Assembly: GCA_965234725.1 (NCBI GenBank)
Contig: CBDDUX010000028.1
Span: forward strand, 1 to 40,885
Direction: 5' to 3'
Source of the DNA: Thermoplasmatota archaeon
GTDB lineage: Archaea > Thermoplasmatota > Penumbrarchaeia > Penumbrarchaeales > Penumbrarchaeaceae
Length of the DNA: 40,885 bases
Position 1 is the stretch's first letter. Each line of letters starts with the position of its first letter. Positions 9,430 through 16,355 of the stretch are shown here, piece after piece. The translations under genes and the position numbers were made by a program. The notes beneath the pieces are model-generated. The model saw nothing but the letters and a program-made list of their open reading frames with translations. It made no database searches and had not been told where the DNA came from.

Positions 9430-12400
9430 TCATTTGGACTTAATAACTACTTCAAAAGAGATCTGAAAAATGTTCAAACCTTCTTCACTCGCAATCCAGA
9501 GTTGATCGTCGAATAATTCGATATCCCTGACTGAATTGCTCAACAATCCATGAGTTTTATTTATGAACATCCATTCTTCTGTTGTTTTATTGTATATTTT
9601 GACCCCATATTTCGTTCCCAGGTAAATCCTATCATCCTCCATCTCAATATCAGCAATCCAATCTTCCTGAGTTAAAATGGTGCCGATATTTAGGGAGATG
9701 GAACGGAATGCTACATTATCATTGTTAAGTTGCCAAAGAACGATATCATCCTTGTTCACTGACATAATTTCTGGCCTGAGATTATAAAATGACCCATATA
9801 CCGAATGATAGTTATCCTTATCCGTCTTCTCTATCCATGACATTGTCCAGTCATCCCAGAAATATAATTGTTCTTCTGAGGTATTGAATATGTATATGCC
9901 GCTTAAGGTCATTAAGTAGATATTATCTCCCTCTTTCTCGATGGATTGAACATAATCATCTATCAGATACCCGTTCTTTGACCCAAATGCAGTCCATGTT
10001 CCCGTCATTTTATTATAACAGCTTATTCCACCAAATGGACGAATTCCCATTGTATATTGCCAATTTCCTGATGTTGCTACCCAAACGAAATCGTCATCGG
10101 CAATTATGTCATCAACCCAGTAATATCCATGTTCGGCTTCTCCAAGTCCAGTTTCCAATGTGAAATTACTCCAGGTGCCCTCTATTTGATCATAAAGTGA
10201 TATTCCACCATAAGTGCCGACCCATACGATCTCATCGTCTACCTCGATACAATTGATCCAATTTGAAAGAAGTCCATTACTTTCATTGAAGTACAACATT
10301 TCATCAGTATCCGGATCGTATCTATACAGTCCGTTATCATCAGAATCCCAATCAAAGCAACTGATCCATGAATATTCATCCGTAACCTCGATCTCCCGGA
10401 TATTTTCAAGATTAAAATGACCGATCTCTTCAAATTTGATGATTTCCACTTCTTTCTGGTTAATTGGGATTTCATCCACCGAATTGTGGTTCCCGGTTTC
10501 TTTCAATAAAATTGCTATTATCGGAAGTGTAAAGAGGAGTAATACCGAAATCACCATTGTCTTTGTTTTAATCTCCCCTTTTCTTCTTAATAATAGAAAA
10601 AACAACAAAATAAGTCCCATATATAAAATTACGAAAACAATGTAAATCTTCCCATCATTTTCCTTATGCAGTGTCCAGTTCCCGGAATCATTCGGAAATT
10701 GGTCCAATTCCAATCCTAAGGTCGAATTCTTCCTTGATTGGCCAACATTCCATTGATCGGGATATCCATCATTATCAGAATCAATGCTCGCAGAAATATC
10801 CAAGGGGAAGTCATCGGTATTATCACCTGTGCCATCATTATCGGTATCATTCCATTCGGAGGGGTTCTCTGGGAATGCATCCCGATTATCTCCCCATCCA
10901 TCTCTATCCGTATCATTCCAATCAAATGGATCCTCCGGAAATACATCTCGGTTGTCTCCCCATCCATCATGGTCCGTATCTTTCCATTCAGCAGGATTTT
11001 TTATAAAAACATCCTGGTTATCTCCCCATCCATCATTGTCCGTGTCATTCCATTCTGTTGGATCATTAGGGAACAGGTCCCTATTGTCATCCCATCCGTC
11101 CCTGTCGGGATCATTCCATTCCCTGGGTTCCGGAAATCCATATCCGGATATCAGATATGTCTGGCCTGCTTCCAATCCGCCTTCATCATTATAACCAGCC
11201 CCGATGAGGATATCATCGAAACCATCACCATTCACATCACCGGCTCCTGAAATGTCATACCCAGAATGATCAGAAGCTGCCTCCCCGATAAATGACACAT
11301 CAGCACAAGCTAACCTCATATCCATAATCCAACCGCTGACCCTACCCAAGATGATGTATGTTTGGCCTGCTCGGTACCCGCCCTCATCATTAAACCGAGC
11401 TCCAATAATCAAGTCATCGTATCCGTCACTATTTAGATCGCCGGCCCCGGAAACCGGATACCCTGACCAATCACCGCTATGTTCGCCCAGGAACGAAGCA
11501 TCCGATAAGGAAAGATCCATACCCAATCTCCAGCCGTTCGCTCGACCAAGTATCAGATAGGTCTGACCTGCGGATCCCTTTTCCTCATCATTTAAACGTG
11601 CTCCAATTAAAATATCGTCGTAACCATCTCCATTCACATCACCAGCAATCGAAACGGAGGAACCAGAATAATCTCTGTTTGCTTCACCAATGAAGGATGC
11701 ATCTGGAGACAAATCCATATCCTTGTTCCAACCGTTGCCTCGGCCAAGAATAAGTAAAGTCCTGCCCACATTGTATCTTCTGTCATCATTGTACCCATCA
11801 GATCCAAGGAGAATATCGTCATATCCATCACCGTTCACATCTCCCCCTCCCGATACGGATTCTCCGGATGGCAAAGGGATCGATCCATTCAATGAGGACA
11901 AGTCCATGTTCTTGCTCCAACCGGTGGATCGGCCCTGAACAAGATAAGATTCGTACCTTTCAGATCCGATGAGTATGTCGTCGTATCCATCCCCGTTCAC
12001 ATCACCGGCTCCGGAGATCGCATTGTCAGAACAATCTGTGAACGATGCATTTGCAAGTGACATGTTCATGTCCGCTCTCCATCCAGTGGAACGACCGAAG
12101 AAAAGATATCCATGTATCCAGTCTGGCCATTCTTCATCATGTGCTTCTGCCGCAATGAGTATATCATCATATCCGTCACCGTTGATATCACCTACTCCGG
12201 ATACGGATTTCCCCAACAGATCACCCTCGGTCTCCCCGAGGAATGATGCGTCTGATAGGGATAGATCCGTATCTCTTTTCCATCCAGTTGTCCTACCAAG
12301 TATCAGATATGCCTGACCCGCATTTTCCCCTCCCTCATCGTTCACACTTGCCCCTATGAGTATATCATCGAGGCCATCACCGTTCACGTCCCCCGCTCTG

Positions 12401-12615
12401 GAAAGGGATCTTCCGGAAAGATCGTGTTCGGCTTCGCCTATGAATGTTGCTAGTGAAACTTGAGATAATTTCGTCTCTACGTGATAATTCTGATCATTTG
12501 TTGATGGGATGCTGCCTTCAGCTAAAATTAAGATATGATCTGCTTGGAGTATTAATGCTAATGTGATAACAAGAAGAAATGGGGTTGATATTATCCAATC
12601 TCCCTTTCCCTTCAT
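9430..12615 (-). CDS. Surface protein: FG-GAP (integrin-alpha) beta-propeller, TSP3-like Ca-binding repeats, two TM helices and a second (Reg_prop-like) beta-propeller
   Basis: Seven GD(V/I/L)NxDGxDDxxIx blades, 22-aa WNDTDxDGWGDNxDxFP repeats, two internal hydrophobic helices, and GLLSNWINCIE / GLLSNSVRDIE motifs. Confidence 0.85.
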   Translation of the reverse strand: MKGKGDWIISTPFLLVITLALILQADHILILAEGSIPSTNDQNYHVETKLSQVSLATFIGEAEHDLSGRSLSRAGDVNGDGLDDILIGASVNDEGGENAGQAYLILGRTTGWKRDTDLSLSDASFLGETEGDLLGKSVSGVGDINGDGYDDILIAAEAHDEEWPDWIHGYLFFGRSTGWRADMNMSLANASFTDCSDNAISGAGDVNGDGYDDILIGSERYESYLVQGRSTGWSKNMDLSSLNGSIPLPSGESVSGGGDVNGDGYDDILLGSDGYNDDRRYNVGRTLLILGRGNGWNKDMDLSPDASFIGEANRDYSGSSVSIAGDVNGDGYDDILIGARLNDEEKGSAGQTYLILGRANGWRLGMDLSLSDASFLGEHSGDWSGYPVSGAGDLNSDGYDDLIIGARFNDEGGYRAGQTYIILGRVSGWIMDMRLACADVSFIGEAASDHSGYDISGAGDVNGDGFDDILIGAGYNDEGGLEAGQTYLISGYGFPEPREWNDPDRDGWDDNRDLFPNDPTEWNDTDNDGWGDNQDVFIKNPAEWKDTDHDGWGDNRDVFPEDPFDWNDTDRDGWGDNRDAFPENPSEWNDTDNDGTGDNTDDFPLDISASIDSDNDGYPDQWNVGQSRKNSTLGLELDQFPNDSGNWTLHKENDGKIYIVFVILYMGLILLFFLLLRRKGEIKTKTMVISVLLLFTLPIIAILLKETGNHNSVDEIPINQKEVEIIKFEEIGHFNLENIREIEVTDEYSWISCFDWDSDDNGLYRYDPDTDEMLYFNESNGLLSNWINCIEVDDEIVWVGTYGGISLYDQIEGTWSNFTLETGLGEAEHGYYWVDDIIADDDFVWVATSGNWQYTMGIRPFGGISCYNKMTGTWTAFGSKNGYLIDDYVQSIEKEGDNIYLMTLSGIYIFNTSEEQLYFWDDWTMSWIEKTDKDNYHSVYGSFYNLRPEIMSVNKDDIVLWQLNNDNVAFRSISLNIGTILTQEDWIADIEMEDDRIYLGTKYGVKIYNKTTEEWMFINKTHGLLSNSVRDIELFDDQLWIASEEGLNIFQISFEVVIKSK
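10790..11120 (-). repeat. Intragenic 66-bp tandem repeat (about 5 units) encoding TSP3-like Asp-rich repeats
   Basis: GTATCATTCCATTC-like units recur near 10843, 10909, 10975, 11041 and 11107. Confidence 0.85.
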
Positions 12616-12757
12616 GAGAACTCATAGAGCATAATATATAAGTTGATTATTGAACAAAGATGACTTCCACAAGTCTTTTCATTCCTTCTTCGGAGAGTTG
12701 CGAATATACTATCTTAATGGAGATTTTTTCACATCAACCAGGCAAAGGTGAAAAACA

Positions 12758-12889
12758 AGTAGATCGACCGAGATTTGAACCTATTTGGAAGTAGAACGAA
12801 ATAATCACATATAACCCAGATATATGCCATAATAATCAAAATATTGAATGGTGGACCGGTCGGGATTTGATCCAATATTAGTTTAGAAC
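12758..12889 (-). repeat. Paired tRNA-Ala 3'-end fragments, copies E and F (92-bp spacing)
   Basis: E 12758-12781 (19/24) with TAGAAC at 12792. F 12851-12870 is a 20/20 match to 14339-14358, with GTTTAGAAC at 12881. 12758-12873 aligns ungapped to 14246-14361 (about 88/116 by hand). Confidence 0.92.
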
Positions 12890-13041
12890 TAATTCTTTCA
12901 TGACCACTCTTTGCGAATAATACAATGACGGTTTTTTCAAGGTGACTATATTTCAGTTGGTGAAATTGAGATAAAATAAGTTGGCGATTACAGATTACAA
13001 TATCACTAATGAAACCCCATGAAGAACACTTTTTCATTTCA

Positions 13042-13947
13042 CTACTTGGCACCATATGCATAGATTACGTCAAGGGTGACCCTCCGGATATTTTTTCCCT
13101 CGAAGTATCTTCTGATATCCTTTCTGAAGGTTTCCATGTATCCTTCCGGGAGGAAGGACGCATAGAACTCCCCTGTTGAGGATGTTATGAACTCGTACAT
13201 CTCTCGGCTGGTGTCATATTCATCATACCAGGTGGACCGTTCGATCTTGATATCCTTGAGTCCGTTCTTTCCGAGATATTCTCTCACTTTTTCAGGTCCT
13301 CTCGGCCAGTAGAAGAATCTGTGGCCCAGGGCGTATCTCTTCGGAACAACCGCCAGAACAGCGTCCGGGAGTTCCGCATAATGGCGAGGTCCGTGGACCG
13401 AGAGTGCGATTGTACCTTCCGGTTTCACAACCCTCTTCATCTCGATTAACATCTTCTCGGGATCGGGAACCATTCCGAGGACCATGCTAGATACAACCAT
13501 ATCGAAGATGTTGTCTTCAAAGGGAAGATCCTCCGCATCCGCGACCTTGATCTCCAGTTTATCAATATAGCGATCGGAGGTCTCGATCTTCTTTTTCAGC
13601 GCTTTGAGCATGTATTCGGATATGTCTGTTGCACATACCTTTCGGGCTCCCTTATCAAGGAGTTTTAGGGCGGAAATTCCGGTACCGCTTCCGATGTCGA
13701 GAACGTATTTTCCCTTGACATCGATACCTTGGAACAGTTCCTCTGCAACCTTCTCGTAATGCTTCTGACCGTATTCATCGTAATCCTTCATGACAGATGT
13801 CAAATCTCCATCGTAGGATTTCATGATCCTCTCTTTCATATCCTTCGTATCCCGAAGATTTCCAGCAATCCATGCGATGATGTTGTTCACGTTCATCAGC
13901 AATTTCTTGAAGAATGACACTTCCCCGGTCCAGAGTATATCAGGCAT
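13042..13947 (-). CDS. Class I SAM-dependent methyltransferase (Methyltransf_11/UbiE-like)
   Basis: VLDIGSGTG motif I, ADAEDLPFEDNIFDMV, and EMKRVVKPEG. Confidence 0.9.
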   Translation of the reverse strand: MPDILWTGEVSFFKKLLMNVNNIIAWIAGNLRDTKDMKERIMKSYDGDLTSVMKDYDEYGQKHYEKVAEELFQGIDVKGKYVLDIGSGTGISALKLLDKGARKVCATDISEYMLKALKKKIETSDRYIDKLEIKVADAEDLPFEDNIFDMVVSSMVLGMVPDPEKMLIEMKRVVKPEGTIALSVHGPRHYAELPDAVLAVVPKRYALGHRFFYWPRGPEKVREYLGKNGLKDIKIERSTWYDEYDTSREMYEFITSSTGEFYASFLPEGYMETFRKDIRRYFEGKNIRRVTLDVIYAYGAK

Positions 13948-14245
13948 ACTTCCATACCATCCTTCTTCAGGACAATATTAGATATCGTAATATCAAATAT
14001 ACAAATCTTATCAATTATCCTCTTCATATATTTTTATAAATATCCTTGGCACTCACTTGGAATTGGTTTGGTATAAATTCTCCGCTCGAAATTTTTTATT
14101 AAATTTGTAAGGATTTAAGGTTTGGGAGAGAATAAAACGTTTCGACAGTATCAGATTTCAATTTCAATAGGCTTTTCTATGACAATGTTTTTAGAGATAA
14201 ATTCAACAGTTAATGATATTTGATATTCTCTTATCTTGGCAATAT

Positions 14246-14285
14246 AGTGGACCGGTCGAGACTTGAACCTATTTCATAGTAGAAC
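14246..14285 (-). repeat. tRNA-Ala 3'-end fragment, copy G, 92 bp downstream of the tRNA gene
   Basis: AGTGGACCGGTCGaGAcTTGAACC (22/24) with TAGAAC at 14280. Confidence 0.92.
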
Positions 14286-14326
14286 GAAATATTGTAATAT
14301 TATCCAGAATAATGATAGAATAATCT

Positions 14327-14332
14327 AAAAAA
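14327..14332 (-). terminator. Oligo-T archaeal terminator candidate for tRNA-Ala
   Basis: T6 run on the minus strand 7 nt after the discriminator base. Confidence 0.45.
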
Positions 14333-14339
14333 GGATGAG

Positions 14340-14413
14340 TGGACCGGTCGGGATTTGAACCCGAGGCCTCTCGCATGCCAAGCGAGCGATCTACCGAGCT
14401 GATCTACCGGCCC
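14340..14413 (-). tRNA. tRNA-Ala (GGC), CCA not encoded
   Basis: Reverse complement folds as GGGCCGG-TA-GATC-AGCTCGGTA-GATC-G-CTCGC-TT-GGC-AT-GCGAG-AGGCC-TCGGG-TTCAAAT-CCCGA-CCGGTCC-A, with the G3:U70 alanine identity pair. Confidence 0.97.
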
Positions 14414-14445
14414 ATAGAACTATTCGACCCCATTATCAAGATTTA

Positions 14446-14453
14446 TTATAAAA
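14446..14453 (-). promoter_or_regulatory. TATA box for tRNA-Ala
   Basis: TTTTATAA on the minus strand about 33-40 nt upstream of the mature 5' end. Confidence 0.6.
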
Positions 14454-14464
14454 ACCTTTGTGGA

Positions 14465-15688
14465 TCAATGAAAAACCGCCCTTTTTCCTTTTCTTCCATC
14501 ATTGTACTTTTTTAGACCTTTATTATATCGGCCAGTTGCAAGGAAATAACCAAGGATAACCAATGAAACGAACATGAACAGCTGAAGAAAACCAAATAAA
14601 AGGGCAACCAGGTATAACCACACATTACCAGTACTCACGAGGAAATTCCACATTCCGTGGTTGATAATGGAGAAAATAAAACCCGCTATTATCAACACGA
14701 AAAGGACCGCTCCAGTCAATAATCTATAAGATGTTAGATCCTTGGTCCTTTTTGCAATCTGCGGAGAGAGATAACGTCTGGTCCAGCCTATCAGGAAACC
14801 GATCATTGCAGGACCGAGCATATGTCCCATGATATTGAAAAATGACCTGAAACCGATCAGAAAGATGAATCCAACTCCTCCAGATGAGAAAACGGTCTGA
14901 CCTCCATAGATCATGTTCTCCAAAAGAGAGAATCCTGCACCGAAAGCAGATCCGTAAATGACTCCATCGGTCTCATCTTTTATCTGGGAAAAGATCAAGA
15001 AGAATCCCAATGACTTGAAGAACTCCTCAACGATAGGGGCGGAAAAGACTGCGGTACTCAGACCAAGGTCTTCCATCCACAAGGAGTTGGCTGTGTTCAT
15101 GAAAAGAGATGGAAAGGTAGAGATCATTCCCCATACGATCCCAAGGATAAGCATCCCTCTTGGTTCAGGTTCGTAGGGATCGAACGCATAGGTAAATGAG
15201 ATCCAGGCCATTGCAGGAAGTGTGATCGTAATGATGATCAATGGGATGGAGACAGGAGCAAGAAAACAGCACATATAGGGAAAGATGTTCAAGATACCGG
15301 TGATCACAAGGACTATTACAAAGAATACAACCATGATCGCAAGAAATGCCAGCCTGGAGAGAATGAAGTTCGATCTATAACCCTTGGAGTAATCCTTGAA
15401 TGCAACCTCATTGTGTCTGAAGAATTTCGATAATCCTTTTCCGTCCTCCGGTATCCTGGGAAATACTATCCTGTTAAGAAATATTCCGGAGAATATCACA
15501 ACCGGTATCAGGATGATCGTGAAGACCACCCCGAAGAATACTAGAACTTCCACAAAAAGAGTGGTGAAGATGTATACAATGCCCATAATGAAGGTTATTA
15601 TAAAAACAAAACCAAGGATTACAAGGAGACTTCCGAAATCCTTCAATATCCCTTTGAAGATATTCATGACGGCAAACTTCTCCTTCAT
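14465..15688 (-). CDS. PrsW-family intramembrane metalloprotease
   Basis: APIVEEFFK, DGVIYGSAFGAGFSLLEN, GH and HGMWN motifs, plus DPYEPEP and many TM helices. Confidence 0.9.
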   Translation of the reverse strand: MKEKFAVMNIFKGILKDFGSLLVILGFVFIITFIMGIVYIFTTLFVEVLVFFGVVFTIILIPVVIFSGIFLNRIVFPRIPEDGKGLSKFFRHNEVAFKDYSKGYRSNFILSRLAFLAIMVVFFVIVLVITGILNIFPYMCCFLAPVSIPLIIITITLPAMAWISFTYAFDPYEPEPRGMLILGIVWGMISTFPSLFMNTANSLWMEDLGLSTAVFSAPIVEEFFKSLGFFLIFSQIKDETDGVIYGSAFGAGFSLLENMIYGGQTVFSSGGVGFIFLIGFRSFFNIMGHMLGPAMIGFLIGWTRRYLSPQIAKRTKDLTSYRLLTGAVLFVLIIAGFIFSIINHGMWNFLVSTGNVWLYLVALLFGFLQLFMFVSLVILGYFLATGRYNKGLKKYNDGRKGKRAVFH

Positions 15689-15690
15689 TA

Positions 15691-16224
15691 TTACCTACCT
15701 TCCAATCGTCCAACTATAAGATCAACTTCGTCTTCCGGGGTCAATTTTGAAGAATCAATAACAATATCATAATGAACGTGATCCTCAGGGTCCACACCAT
15801 AAAAATCCTCGTATCTTTTTCGCTCTGATAACTCCCTTTTCCCCATATTCTCAATAACCTCTCCAAGAACTCCGCCATCCCTTTCCATTAGTCTTCTCGC
15901 TCTTAGCTCTTTGTCTGCATATATGAATACTTTCAATGATACGATGTTCTCCATTTTACAAAGAGGGCCGATCATCCTTCCCTCAAGGATCATATTCTCA
16001 CCACTCCTGGCAAGTTCGAGCATCCTTTCATCAAGGGTCCTGTCGATCTCAGGATCGTTCTCACATATTCTTCCAAATTCCAGGAGGGAAAGATCTCTCT
16101 CTCGTGCCAAGTTGCGAAATATCTCTCCTGCATATACATATTTAAAACCGGTCCGTTCACTCAAAATTCTGCAAACCGTGCTCGTACCCGAGCCTGGTGG
16201 ACCACCAACGGTAATCAATACCAT
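15691..16224 (-). CDS. cmk: Cytidylate kinase (archaeal type)
   Basis: ITVGGPPGSGTST, AGEIFRNLA, EIDRTLD, ILEGR, RELSERKRY..FYGVD. Start placed at ATG 16224 (alternative 16239). Confidence 0.9.
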   Translation of the reverse strand: MVLITVGGPPGSGTSTVCRILSERTGFKYVYAGEIFRNLARERDLSLLEFGRICENDPEIDRTLDERMLELARSGENMILEGRMIGPLCKMENIVSLKVFIYADKELRARRLMERDGGVLGEVIENMGKRELSERKRYEDFYGVDPEDHVHYDIVIDSSKLTPEDEVDLIVGRLEGR

Positions 16225-16355
16225 CTTAGCGGATAACATCTGGGATGATAAAAGATATTCGGCTCTTGGTTTTTTAGTTGTAATAATTACAGGAAAACTG
16301 TTAAAATAGCATCACTCGATATAGTATATGAAAACGCAGATTATTAAAAATAGAT

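Noticed and set aside
10671-12316. Repetitive antisense and alternative-frame ORFs over the FG-GAP gene (and similar short shadow ORFs elsewhere)
   Set aside because: They are shadows of well-supported coding regions.
12729-13061. 110-aa minus-strand ORF
   Set aside because: It spans the E-F repeat module, overlaps the methyltransferase gene and has no recognisable motif.
13232-13250. GTGGACCGTTCGATCTTGA resembling the core
   Set aside because: It lies inside the methyltransferase CDS with no arm or partner, so it is probably chance.
5458-14285. Additional tRNA genes or split-tRNA halves
   Set aside because: Only the last 13-24 nt match, several T-loops are mutated, and there are no anticodon arms or complementary leaders.
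5458-14361. CRISPR array interpretation of the recurring 24-bp repeat
   Set aside because: The repeats are tRNA-derived and degenerate, separated by homologous 68-bp or kilobase segments, and no cas genes are present.
16183-16210. Cmk P-loop lacking Lys (GSGTST)
   Set aside because: GSGT[TS]T variants are common in archaeal cytidylate kinases.
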